DNA from: a virus
Lineage: Duplodnaviria > Caudoviricetes
Reading direction: 5' to 3' (one strand)
Length of the DNA stretch: 32,121 nucleotides
IMG/VR virus record: IMGVR_UViG_3300020042_005194
Coordinates: 1-32,121 of that record
The notes beneath the pieces are model-generated. The model searched no databases. It had not been told where the DNA came from and saw only the letters and a program-made list of their open reading frames with translations. Below, one piece after another: positions 8,558 through 18,139 of the stretch; the stretch's first letter is position 1, and each line of letters starts with the position of its first letter. Both the position numbers and the translations under genes were made by a program.

Positions 8558-10276
8558 TTAGTTAAATGTTGCGGTTTGTATTCTGTTTCTATCTAACGCT
8601 TGTTGAGTTGTTACTTCATTACCTACTACATACGCTTGTATTGGTTGTCCTTGTCTTGCTCCTATACTTTGTGCTAATTGATTTGTTCCGCTTTGTCCTA
8701 CTATATTAAATTGTGGTGGTGGTGGTGCTGAATTTCCACCACCAGAAACTGCTCCAGCTCCACCTTTTCCGCTTTTATCAACTGAAAGTATTTTCTTAAT
8801 TTGTAACGCTGAAAACACACCCGCTAACCCCGCTTGTATTGCTGGATAGGCTGGGAAAAATGCAGTAATAGGAGACTTTTGAGCCGTGCTATATGCGTTT
8901 TGAACCCCTTCAATTCCGCTCATTGTGGCTTGTGCGACTGCAACTCCTTTAGCAATTGCCGTTCCCTCTCCAGCTAATTGAGCAATAGAGTTTAAAGTTT
9001 GTAAAGAATCCCCGATTATAGCCTCTTTTTTGGCCTTACTTAATTCAGTTTCTTTTTCTTTGGCTAATCTTGCTACTTCTGCTTTTTGGTTTTCTAACTC
9101 TATATAATCATTTAATTCTTTTGCTTGTTCTTCTTCTAAAGTTTGTCGAGCAAGTTTTGCATCTTCTAACGATTTTAAATAATCTTCTCCCTCTTTTTTA
9201 TATTGTTCTTGTCTTGCTTTAAACGCTTCTTCTTCTGCTTTTCTTTTTTCTGCTAAATTCTTTAAATAATCTTCTTTGTCTTTTTTTCTTTGTTCCGCTG
9301 CTTTTTCGTTTGCAATTGTATTTTCATTTGCAATCTCAATATTAAAGTTTTTAGTTAGTTTGGCACGCTCTTTAAAACTACCATCTAATAAATTATTTTG
9401 TTCTTGAAATTCTTTATAAGCCGCTTGTACTAACTTTTCTTTTTTTGCAATTTCTTCATCACTTAAATCGTTAGCCTTTGCGACTGCTAAATTATTTCGT
9501 AATTGTAAAAATGTTGCTTGTGCTATTGTTACGTTTTTTTTATTCAAGGCTATCTCTGCATTTATAGCAGCCTCTTTCATTTTACGTAATTCAGCATTAC
9601 TTGCCCCGTTTGCCTTTGCTAATTCGTAGTTATAATCTGCACTTTCTTTTAACGCTCTCAAACCACGTGCAGCCGCAATACTTTGACCTTGTAATTCTTT
9701 AGTCATTTTAGCAGTTGCTGCACTCGCTGCATCGTTAGCCTCTGCATTCTCCATTAAGTAAGAAGTCAATTTATAAATAGCAGCACCAGCCGCCACAATT
9801 GCAACAACTAAAGCTACTAAAGGATTTGCAACAACCGCAGCGTTCCATAACCACTGTGCCGCCGTTACAACTTGTGTAGCCGTAGCCGTTGCGTATTTAG
9901 CCACCGTAGAACTTACAGTTGTTGCAACATCTTTTATCTTTGTAATAATTCCTTGTTGCGTTGCAGTATTTGAACTTACTGTGGCGACTGTTGTTGCGTT
10001 GGTTGCTACGGTATCAGCACGTTTTTTAATAATAAATAACGCACTCGCCTCGACTGCATCTTTTACCATCATTGCATAACCACCAGTTAAATCGTTTAGC
10101 AATCCCATAGCACCACCGTTTTCAAGTACTGCGTTAGAACTTTCAGCAAATGAACTCGCTAAATTCTTGTTTTGGTGGTTTAGGTTGTCAAGATTATTAT
10201 CTAAAGAATCAACTTTAGTATTTAGGTTGTCAAAACCATCTTCTTTAACAACTACGTTTACTATTTTTTCAATCAT
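8558..10276 (-). CDS. Tape measure protein
   Basis: 572 aa, Ala-rich with AAQWLWNAAVVANPL motif, hydrophobic segment and long coiled coil. Confidence 0.8.
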   Translation of the reverse strand: MIEKIVNVVVKEDGFDNLNTKVDSLDNNLDNLNHQNKNLASSFAESSNAVLENGGAMGLLNDLTGGYAMMVKDAVEASALFIIKKRADTVATNATTVATVSSNTATQQGIITKIKDVATTVSSTVAKYATATATQVVTAAQWLWNAAVVANPLVALVVAIVAAGAAIYKLTSYLMENAEANDAASAATAKMTKELQGQSIAAARGLRALKESADYNYELAKANGASNAELRKMKEAAINAEIALNKKNVTIAQATFLQLRNNLAVAKANDLSDEEIAKKEKLVQAAYKEFQEQNNLLDGSFKERAKLTKNFNIEIANENTIANEKAAEQRKKDKEDYLKNLAEKRKAEEEAFKARQEQYKKEGEDYLKSLEDAKLARQTLEEEQAKELNDYIELENQKAEVARLAKEKETELSKAKKEAIIGDSLQTLNSIAQLAGEGTAIAKGVAVAQATMSGIEGVQNAYSTAQKSPITAFFPAYPAIQAGLAGVFSALQIKKILSVDKSGKGGAGAVSGGGNSAPPPPQFNIVGQSGTNQLAQSIGARQGQPIQAYVVGNEVTTQQALDRNRIQTATFN

Positions 10277-10404
10277 TTTTTCAACTTATTAAATAATTCT
10301 ATAAAATTTTTAGGCAATTCGTTTTTGCCTTTTGCTAATTTCGTAAAAGGTTTATCGCCTTTACCGTCTGAAATACTTAACAGTACTAAAATTTCCTTTA
10401 TCAT
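10273..10404 (-). CDS. Small hypothetical protein (43 aa)
   Basis: Not in ORF track; MIKEILVLLSISDGKGDKPFTKLAKGKNELPKNFIELFNKLKK fills the gap with ATGA overlaps at both ends. Confidence 0.6.
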   Translation of the reverse strand: MIKEILVLLSISDGKGDKPFTKLAKGKNELPKNFIELFNKLKK

Positions 10405-12785
10405 AATTGGTTTATATTTAAGTCGAATGTATCCGCTCCAATATTAAAACGTAAAATTCCGTTTCTGTCTACTGTTGAATAATTTATTTTAACTCTCACA
10501 AAGTCTGTTTTTTCTCCTAAAGTTTTATTAACATCAAACCAACTTACACCGTCGCCAGTGTCAACTTTTATAACACTCCAATTTGTATTTGCCGTGATTT
10601 TAACTTCAAAATTTTCTTCTCCTTTTGTTGCGGTGTAATTATCTGTTGATATTCCGTTAGTCGTAAAAGAGAAGACACTTTCATAAACAGAAACTCTATC
10701 AACTTTTACTAACTCGCTATCTACTGTTATTGAATCACTATCCACCGTTAATGGCACAATGTTGTCTATTGTGTCGCTTGGTGTTGAAAAATCTGTGAAG
10801 ACATCGCCCGAAAAACTACCCGTTGTTAAATCTATTTTAAGGTCTGAAATTTTATATTTTCTATCTTGGATAATGAATCTATCATTCATTTTTAATTTAT
10901 ACAAAATATGTGTTGGCATTTTCCCACTTATGCTTAACACTCTACACTTCTTATTAAACAAATCTTCTATATAAGTTTTCCAAAAGTTAAAATATAAACT
11001 TGTTTCTATCTCTGAATAAAAATAACTACTAATATCAGAACCGAAATTTAAACTATTTGTAACTTGTGTTATTTCTTTGTTGTCTTCTGTTGCGGTGTGC
11101 CAATATTTAGTTTTTGTAACGCTCGGTTGTATGTAAGTATTAATATCTAAACTCTCAATTCCATTACGATAAAACATAAAGCTTTTACCTTTGTATGGTT
11201 TTAAATTATTATCAATAGAGAAACCAACTTGTAACTCTGTTAAATCTCCGTCAACTTCTCTGTTAAGTCTTTCAAATAACATATTTTCAAATTGACTTTC
11301 TACTTTTAAATCATCGCCCGAAATATTAAAAGTTGTTTTTAAATCTCCGTAACCTATTTGATTATTATCAAAATATTGTTTACCTAAAATAGCATCGCTT
11401 TTTTGATATAAGAAATCAATTCTCTTTTTTACGTTTGGCCTTTTAACTTCGATATCTTTAATATCTACGTACTTGTTTAAATCGTAAGTATTCCCTTTAC
11501 TATACCAACTATCCAAAGTGTCAACATAAAAATTAGTTGTGCTGAATGGTACTATAATTAAATTAAACTGACTAATCAAAGAGTTAAAATAATCTTTAAC
11601 TTTAATCTCTGGCATCTGTTCCAATATCTTAATATTAGAAGTTAATGTATCTGAAATACTATTTACTAAATTCTTATTAATTACGGTTGTTGGTGAACCA
11701 GTTACAGTTGTGTATTTTCTACCCGTTACTGCTGACTTATAACTAAAACTTTCACTTGCTGAAATTGTAAAATAAAACACGCTATTAGAATAGAAATCAG
11801 CCTTTAGTGTTTCAGCCCAAACAATAGTATTTGTTCCTACTAATTCGTTTTGATTTACTAAAATTCCATTTCTATATATTTTTAATTTATAAGGGGTTGA
11901 CAAATAACCAGCGTCTGGTGTAATCTTTAAATCTAAAGCACGTTTAATATTTGTAGTTGGTCCCGTAGATGTTTCATAAGGTGTAAACTGAATTTCTTCT
12001 AACGTTGTATCGACTGTCATTTGAATATCTGACAAATTGCCCAACCCTTGCATATCAACTCTTTTTTCCTCTCCGTATGCTTTTAAATAACCAGCGTCTT
12101 TATGTAACCATAAAAAAGTATTGTAAAATAAAGCCCTATCGAAAAAGTCTTTACTTAAAGTAATACCGTATTTAGTTTCAATAGCTTCAATTATACGTAA
12201 GTTTCTTAATGCTGGTTTAAACTCTCTGTACAAAATAGAATTACTTGCGTTTTCTAAATCTCTACTTGTAGAAGTTTGTAAGCTCATTTCGTCAACCGCG
12301 TTAATCATAGGATAGTAAACATCACCATCAAACAAACTATTGTCTGTCATTGCGTTTGTAACTATCGTAGCATTATATGCGTGGTCGTATTCAGATAAAC
12401 TTTCTAAATCTTTTAATTGGTCTTCTCCAAACAAGTCTGACAAACTTACACTCGCACCGTAAAAAGTACACGAATAAGAATAAGGCAAACCGTCTTTTAA
12501 TTTAGCACTATCTAATTGAACCGAACCGAAACGAAACGGTAAAGTATTAACTTCTAAATATGCCTCAACACGAATATTAACGTTAAACGTTCCATCTACA
12601 TCAGCATTATACCAATGTTCAAAAACTGAATTATTATTCTTTGTACACGGCACGTTAAAAGATTGAGTAAAGTCTGTTAAAACCTTACTCAAATCATTAA
12701 TATTTTTTACTGATAAATTGATAGATATTTTTTCGTCTTCAAATAAATCTATCTTTTGCCCTTTAATATATAATTGAACTTCCAT
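10401..12785 (-). CDS. Large tail/baseplate hub-like protein with C-terminal BACON-like domain
   Basis: 794 aa; IDLFEDEKISIN...FTQSFNVP N-terminus typical of tail proteins; C-terminal ITANTNWSV...W...RNGILRF...INQ. Confidence 0.7.
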   Translation of the reverse strand: MEVQLYIKGQKIDLFEDEKISINLSVKNINDLSKVLTDFTQSFNVPCTKNNNSVFEHWYNADVDGTFNVNIRVEAYLEVNTLPFRFGSVQLDSAKLKDGLPYSYSCTFYGASVSLSDLFGEDQLKDLESLSEYDHAYNATIVTNAMTDNSLFDGDVYYPMINAVDEMSLQTSTSRDLENASNSILYREFKPALRNLRIIEAIETKYGITLSKDFFDRALFYNTFLWLHKDAGYLKAYGEEKRVDMQGLGNLSDIQMTVDTTLEEIQFTPYETSTGPTTNIKRALDLKITPDAGYLSTPYKLKIYRNGILVNQNELVGTNTIVWAETLKADFYSNSVFYFTISASESFSYKSAVTGRKYTTVTGSPTTVINKNLVNSISDTLTSNIKILEQMPEIKVKDYFNSLISQFNLIIVPFSTTNFYVDTLDSWYSKGNTYDLNKYVDIKDIEVKRPNVKKRIDFLYQKSDAILGKQYFDNNQIGYGDLKTTFNISGDDLKVESQFENMLFERLNREVDGDLTELQVGFSIDNNLKPYKGKSFMFYRNGIESLDINTYIQPSVTKTKYWHTATEDNKEITQVTNSLNFGSDISSYFYSEIETSLYFNFWKTYIEDLFNKKCRVLSISGKMPTHILYKLKMNDRFIIQDRKYKISDLKIDLTTGSFSGDVFTDFSTPSDTIDNIVPLTVDSDSITVDSELVKVDRVSVYESVFSFTTNGISTDNYTATKGEENFEVKITANTNWSVIKVDTGDGVSWFDVNKTLGEKTDFVRVKINYSTVDRNGILRFNIGADTFDLNINQL

Positions 12786-14263
12786 TAAACGACGTTATTA
12801 ATTGTTTTAAAGCTATATGTAAAGTCCATTGAATATTGTATTAACTTATCTTTTAATTTTGTCTTATAGTTAAAAGATTTAGTATCTATGTTAACTGGTA
12901 AAATAGTGTCGTTTTCTTCAAGATATATTTGTTCACTCAACATTAACTCGTTAAATAACAAATTGTAACTCTCTGGTAAAAAATCCGTATTACATATAAC
13001 CTTTTGAGTTCCGTTAGTTAAGTAACTTTTTTTATTATGTTGGTTAAGCGAGTAATTTCCAAAATCTGAAATAATTGGATTATAATCCGAAGTTTCAGTA
13101 TTTAAACTTTTCTTGCTTAATTTATTAAATGGTATCTTTTGCCAGAATCCGTATTTATTTTTAAATATGCAGTTTATTAAATCGTTTCTACATTCATTTT
13201 CTAACTTAAAACTATGTATAATTGTTTCGGTTGTGTATTCAAATTCAATATCAAAAAAATTATCAGTTCCGATATATTGAGAAACATCTAAATAACCTAT
13301 GTATTGATTATTGTAGTTTTCATCTAAAGTAAAAGGTACGTTTGTATTTACTCCATCTACAAAAGCGTTAATACTTACCAAATCTTTACTAACAAAATAC
13401 AAAGGATATTTAGAATTATTATAAATAATGTGGTTGTTAATTGAACTTAATACTTTTTTATCTACTTCGGGATTGGCTAACTGTGTGTGATAGCCAAAAC
13501 CATCTAACGCAAGTAACGTTTGATTAATGTTATAAAGCAATACACCCTCTAAATAAACCCCAGCATCGATATAAACCCAAACAGTATCTAACTGGTTTGT
13601 CGTTTGAACTCCTAAAGAAACGTTTTGATTAAATTCATTTTGCACAAAGTCATTAACTAACTTATGTACATCGATTGAGATTGTAGGTTGCCCCGCAATG
13701 ATAACAGATTTACTCGTTTGAAAAGTTGGTAGTAATGGAATATCTGTTGTTTTTTCGCCTCGATAAATATAAATATCTAAAGCCATACTGTCGTATAAAA
13801 CAGATGGACTTGCTTTAAAGAAATAAGGCGAGCGTGAAAGAATTACTTTATCTTCATAAGTTATAGTTGTTGGTTCAATTGGAAAAGTAAAGTCCTCACG
13901 TGTTATACTCCATAAATCGGTATCGATAAAACTTGCACCTTGAAAATCAAAATAATCAACTGTTGCGTTATTTCCTAAAGTATATTCAACTGTATTTGAT
14001 ATAACAATTGAAGTGTATGGAACAGTAGCGGTATTAAATTTAAAATCAAAAAACTCTTTTAAATCTTGTATAAATTCATCTGTACTTGGGTGATTATACT
14101 TTACTAAATTACTTGCGTAATCTGATAGCCCTGTTGTAAAAATAACATTAGTATAAAGATAATTGCCTAAAGTATTTCCAAAATCTAAATCTATAAAAGA
14201 AGTTTCACCATCTGCTGGTGGTGAAGTTACCGACTTTGCCGTTATAATTATTTTTTGTGCCAT
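12785..14263 (-). CDS. Tail structural protein
   Basis: 492 aa beta-rich, FKNKYGFWQ motif, coupled to both neighbours in tail block. Confidence 0.6.
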   Translation of the reverse strand: MAQKIIITAKSVTSPPADGETSFIDLDFGNTLGNYLYTNVIFTTGLSDYASNLVKYNHPSTDEFIQDLKEFFDFKFNTATVPYTSIVISNTVEYTLGNNATVDYFDFQGASFIDTDLWSITREDFTFPIEPTTITYEDKVILSRSPYFFKASPSVLYDSMALDIYIYRGEKTTDIPLLPTFQTSKSVIIAGQPTISIDVHKLVNDFVQNEFNQNVSLGVQTTNQLDTVWVYIDAGVYLEGVLLYNINQTLLALDGFGYHTQLANPEVDKKVLSSINNHIIYNNSKYPLYFVSKDLVSINAFVDGVNTNVPFTLDENYNNQYIGYLDVSQYIGTDNFFDIEFEYTTETIIHSFKLENECRNDLINCIFKNKYGFWQKIPFNKLSKKSLNTETSDYNPIISDFGNYSLNQHNKKSYLTNGTQKVICNTDFLPESYNLLFNELMLSEQIYLEENDTILPVNIDTKSFNYKTKLKDKLIQYSMDFTYSFKTINNVV

Positions 14264-14766
14264 TACTTAAATTTTGTTTTTAAAAAATATTCTACATCTA
14301 AACCGTACGCTTGGACTACATCGTCTGGAAGTCTTTCAAATCCTTGCTCAACTGCTTTAGTAAAAAACTTACTCGGTTTAATTCCGTTTAGGAATACACT
14401 CTTTGCAATTGCAAACTTTAAACTTTCACGGCTTACAAATTTACCTTTACTTCTCGGTGCAATTCCTTTTTTAACTATCCATCTATCAAAAGCCCTTGTC
14501 GGTGGCATTTTATCTTTATAACTAAATGGTGTGTTAAATTTTCTTATCTTACCACTTACACCGCTATCTTGAAATTTTCCATAATCCTCCATTTTGAAGT
14601 CAACCGAAAGACTATTCTTGCTAACGTTTAAATCATACCCTAAACTATCATATAACTTTTTAGATGAATTTTTGCCTCCTTTCGTTAAGTTAGTTCTTGA
14701 CTGCTTTACTACGTAATTTGAAAAGTCTTTTAATGTAGCAAGGGTATAATTTTTATCTAACTGCAT
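14263..14766 (-). CDS. Neck/tail completion protein (HK97 gp10-like)
   Basis: 167 aa basic, YGKFQDSG...GIKPSKFFTKA motifs. Confidence 0.55.
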   Translation of the reverse strand: MQLDKNYTLATLKDFSNYVVKQSRTNLTKGGKNSSKKLYDSLGYDLNVSKNSLSVDFKMEDYGKFQDSGVSGKIRKFNTPFSYKDKMPPTRAFDRWIVKKGIAPRSKGKFVSRESLKFAIAKSVFLNGIKPSKFFTKAVEQGFERLPDDVVQAYGLDVEYFLKTKFK

Positions 14767-15215
14767 ACTTCTATATTGTTATTAGGTATTGAAAGTTGAA
14801 CTTCAAATTCCCAACCGTCCAATATGTTACTAAAATCATATTGTATCGGTGTCGGATTGCTATTTGCGAATAACTCAATATCATCATCATTTTGCTGCAG
14901 TCTTAATTTAGTTAAGAATCTGTTAGCAATTGCGAAACAAGTATTTAAATTATCTAATTCGTTATCATTTTTTAAGAACTTATCTGTCACGGGTTGTTTT
15001 GAAATATTACGAATATCTAAAACCCAAATAGTAAAATTAAAGATAACCATCCCCTCAACTACTTGAGAACCCGTAACGCTAAAATGTGTTAACGGAAATA
15101 TGTTTTTCTTATCTACATCTATGTCGTTAATCACTCCGTGCGTTATCGTATTGACAAACATATCGTTTTCAAAATGACTCTTTAAAAAATCTACTACTTT
15201 ATAAAAACTATTCAT
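14757..15215 (-). CDS. Putative tail terminator/completion protein
   Basis: 152 aa acidic with IFPLTH motif, next to neck gene. Confidence 0.5.
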   Translation of the reverse strand: MNSFYKVVDFLKSHFENDMFVNTITHGVINDIDVDKKNIFPLTHFSVTGSQVVEGMVIFNFTIWVLDIRNISKQPVTDKFLKNDNELDNLNTCFAIANRFLTKLRLQQNDDDIELFANSNPTPIQYDFSNILDGWEFEVQLSIPNNNIEVCS

Positions 15216-15459
15216 AAGATTTGTTTTGTTTTGTTTCTTCTTTTGCTAATGCTACTTTAAAATCTAAATATGTTAAGAATGTAAATATGTCAAGTGCGGT
15301 TGCTTCGTTAAGTTTAAATGCATCTCCTCCAGCAACTGTATAAATTGATTGATACCACCCCCATTCTGAACTAAAACTTCCTCCAAAACTTTCGTTTCCT
15401 CCGTCTGTAACAGCAAACAAGTTTGGATATTGCTCAACAACTCTTTCAACAAATTGCAA
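15208..15459 (-). CDS. -1 frame extension of upstream ORF (tail assembly chaperone GT-like)
   Basis: Frame opens at the T9 run (15458-15466), only a TTG start, WGWYQSIY motif, its end overlaps the next gene's start. Confidence 0.55.
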   Translation of the reverse strand: MQFVERVVEQYPNLFAVTDGGNESFGGSFSSEWGWYQSIYTVAGGDAFKLNEATALDIFTFLTYLDFKVALAKEETKQNKSYE

Positions 15460-15944
15460 AAAAAAACCTTTGCGCCGAAATAAGCACTAACTGGAGCGAA
15501 CTCCATTATATCTTTAAACTTATCTTTATCCTCGAATGGTTCAATACGATATAAGTCTTTGTGTTTACCTATAATCGGTCTGTACATTACTCCCATTTGT
15601 TCGATATAACTATCCTTTTGTTTAAATAGTTCATCAAGTTCGATGTATTCCCCAGCAGTAATATTCTCTAAATTAGGAATAAAACCAAACTCAACACCTT
15701 GCAAAGTAAATCTTTCAATATGAGTTGGCTCTTGTTTAATTACTTCAGTTAAATGATTGCTTATTTCTGTAAACTCTTTAACTGATAAATTCTTTTTAAT
15801 ATCACTAACAGATACATCGCAAAAAATACTTATCATTGCCAGGCGCAAATAAGCATCGTCGTTGCTTTCTTCAGTACATTTAACAAAGTCAAAGAACTGC
15901 TTAATAGTTATCTCGTTTAAGTTTTCTGGTATATTAATCTTCAT
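15273..15944 (-). CDS. Putative tail assembly chaperone (G-like)
   Basis: 223 aa acidic, contains AAG GTT TTT TTT TGC slippery site; first gene after a late-promoter motif. Confidence 0.6.
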   Translation of the reverse strand: MKINIPENLNEITIKQFFDFVKCTEESNDDAYLRLAMISIFCDVSVSDIKKNLSVKEFTEISNHLTEVIKQEPTHIERFTLQGVEFGFIPNLENITAGEYIELDELFKQKDSYIEQMGVMYRPIIGKHKDLYRIEPFEDKDKFKDIMEFAPVSAYFGAKVFFCNLLKELLSNIQTCLLLQTEETKVLEEVLVQNGGGINQFIQLLEEMHLNLTKQPHLTYLHS

Positions 15945-15949
15945 ATTTA

Positions 15950-15977
15950 TATAACGTAATTAATTGATATTGTATTT
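15950..15977 (-). promoter_or_regulatory. Putative late promoter, copy 3
   Basis: Minus strand AAATACA-N13-ACGTTATA-N5-ATG(15944), overlapping the terL 3' end. Confidence 0.7.
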
Positions 15978-17348
15978 GCCTTTTGTACCCATTAAATTCT
16001 TTTCAATTCCGTATGCAGTTAAATCGATATGCTCATCGTGTTTAGCGTTTGGAAACATTGCAATTTGATTTAAATAGCTTTCAATCCAAGCACCTTGAAT
16101 TAACTTCACACGCCCACCCTCAATAAAAGGTGCTGAACTTCTTGCACGTTCTATTTTTGAAACGTTTACAAAGTCGCTTTTAATTTCACTTATATTAAAT
16201 CTTGTTTGCGATTGTATTAATTGTTTAATTGATTTACCACTTGCTTTAGGTTCTACATAAATCATTCTAATTTCAATACCTAAAGAATTTATATAGTTTG
16301 GAATGAATTTTATTAACTCTGGCATTTCTAAATATTTATCTATTGAAGATAAAATATAATAATCGTTATTTATTTTAGTTCCTATTTGAAACCCTGTTGG
16401 GTCATTTGAAGTATCTTTAGTGTATGCTCCATCTATAAATAAATCCCATTTTAAATTAGTTGGTATTTCATTTTTGTTCACAATTTCAAACCAATCTTTT
16501 CTCCATTCTCCACCATCTTGCGGTGATGGTTGTTGCATATATTGACCAGCAAAAGTATAACGACTTCCTTGTCTAATTTGTTCTAATTCTTCAAAAGAAT
16601 GTTTCTCTGGATATAAAGGTTCGTTGTTTTCGTTTAATGCTGGCAAACATAAATGTTCCCAAGTTTCTCCACTTCCACCACCTAATAAAAAACCACTCAA
16701 ATCTTCTTCGTGAAGCCTTTGCATAATTAATATTATTGGCGTGTTTCTATCGTTTACACGTGAACGGATTGTACTATTAAACCTTTCGTTAACTGCTTTT
16801 CTTTTCACCTCGCTTGAAGCATCATCTGGTTTTAATGGATCATCAATTAAAATAGCGCCGCTGAATATTTTGCTTTCAGCAACTCCAGCGCCAAAACCAG
16901 TAATAGCTCCACCGCTTGCAGTAGCGTAAACACCACCGCCTAATTCGTTAAACCATTTCTTTTTACCTTGAGCATCTTTTTTAAGTTTCATACTCCAAAA
17001 CTTTTGATAAGCATCGCTCTCAATATATTCTTTTGCTTGACTTGAGTTGTCTAATGCTAAATCATCAGAATAAGATAAGTGTATAAATTTAGATTGTTGG
17101 TTACGAACTAAACACCAAGCTATAAAAAGTTTAATTACTAATTCTGTTTTACCATAACGTGGAGGTATATTTATAATTCCCCTTTTAATTTCTCCGTTGA
17201 ATACTTTCATTAAGAACTCAACTATTAAAACGAAATGAGGCGCAACTATAAAATTACGCCTGTGAATTTCTTTATACATATAACGGCAAAAGAATAAAAA
17301 ATCATTCTCGCACATTACTTTTAAAACTTTTTCTTCGTTTGTTAGCAT
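15960..17348 (-). CDS. terL: Terminase large subunit
   Basis: Walker A IPPRYGKT, Walker B ILIDDP, MQRLHEEDL, YMQQP, C-terminal nuclease FPNAKHDEHID. Confidence 0.95.
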   Translation of the reverse strand: MLTNEEKVLKVMCENDFLFFCRYMYKEIHRRNFIVAPHFVLIVEFLMKVFNGEIKRGIINIPPRYGKTELVIKLFIAWCLVRNQQSKFIHLSYSDDLALDNSSQAKEYIESDAYQKFWSMKLKKDAQGKKKWFNELGGGVYATASGGAITGFGAGVAESKIFSGAILIDDPLKPDDASSEVKRKAVNERFNSTIRSRVNDRNTPIILIMQRLHEEDLSGFLLGGGSGETWEHLCLPALNENNEPLYPEKHSFEELEQIRQGSRYTFAGQYMQQPSPQDGGEWRKDWFEIVNKNEIPTNLKWDLFIDGAYTKDTSNDPTGFQIGTKINNDYYILSSIDKYLEMPELIKFIPNYINSLGIEIRMIYVEPKASGKSIKQLIQSQTRFNISEIKSDFVNVSKIERARSSAPFIEGGRVKLIQGAWIESYLNQIAMFPNAKHDEHIDLTAYGIEKNLMGTKGKYNIN

Positions 17349-17654
17349 TTAATAATTACTTTCTAATGCATATTGAATTTTCTTTATTTCTTCATCTGTT
17401 AATTCTTTTGCATCAATATTTAAATTTGTCTGCTTAATCTCTTGAGGTGCTTTACCAAATATATGCTCCGCAATAAACAACTGACCTCTTTGGCTTTCTA
17501 ATAGCGTATCTTTTACAAATGCTATCTTTGCCTCTTCGTCTGTTTCTGTATTGTATAATTGCTTTAAAGCTGTTAAAAAGATATTGTTTACCTTTTCCTC
17601 ATCTGCTTTAGGTGGTCGCCCTTTTCCGTGTTTGTTTCCTTTTTCAAATCCCAT
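17349..17654 (-). CDS. terS: Terminase small subunit
   Basis: MGFEKGNKHGKGRPPK N-terminus, FGKAPQ motif, abuts terL. Confidence 0.75.
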   Translation of the reverse strand: MGFEKGNKHGKGRPPKADEEKVNNIFLTALKQLYNTETDEEAKIAFVKDTLLESQRGQLFIAEHIFGKAPQEIKQTNLNIDAKELTDEEIKKIQYALESNY

Positions 17655-17679
17655 AGTTAAAAGTAATGTTTAAACTTAA

Positions 17680-17844
17680 TCATTCTAAATCTTTATAATA
17701 ATAAATAAATGTTCCATAAGGAATAAGAAGTAAAAATATCTCGTACCATTTTTTTTTAAATACAACATAGAACATAGCCCCAATTGGAAAATTAAAAAAA
17801 TAACCACTAATTAATAAGAGTTTTAATAATTCCATTTTACTCAT
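17680..17844 (-). CDS. Small 2-TM membrane protein
   Basis: Hydrophobic ~54 aa; likely start MSKMELL at 17844 rather than 17880. Confidence 0.45.
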   Translation of the reverse strand: MSKMELLKLLLISGYFFNFPIGAMFYVVFKKKWYEIFLLLIPYGTFIYYYKDLE

Positions 17845-18139
17845 TTTTACATTCCCATCTATAAACGTGGTCGTCATCAATAGGGAAATAAGATGTTAAA
17901 TAGTTTCCGTCTAATTGTAGTACCGCTCCGTTTCTAATTGATACTTGTACTTGTTCCCAGTTTCCACTATGTGTATAAACAAACTGAAAACCTCCAGTAA
18001 CTAATTGATTTGTGTAAAACCATTTTCTACACTCACACGTTTCTTCTATTGTTGTTGTAGGTTCTTGAATTTCTTCTGTTTCACAACTTGCAGCGAAAGA
18101 AAATAACGCTACGATTAAAAGTAATAATTTAGTTTTCAT
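17837..18139 (-). CDS. Putative lipoprotein
   Basis: MKTKLLLLIVALFSFAAS-C lipobox-like signal followed by acidic residues. Confidence 0.65.
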   Translation of the reverse strand: MKTKLLLLIVALFSFAASCETEEIQEPTTTIEETCECRKWFYTNQLVTGGFQFVYTHSGNWEQVQVSIRNGAVLQLDGNYLTSYFPIDDDHVYRWECKNE

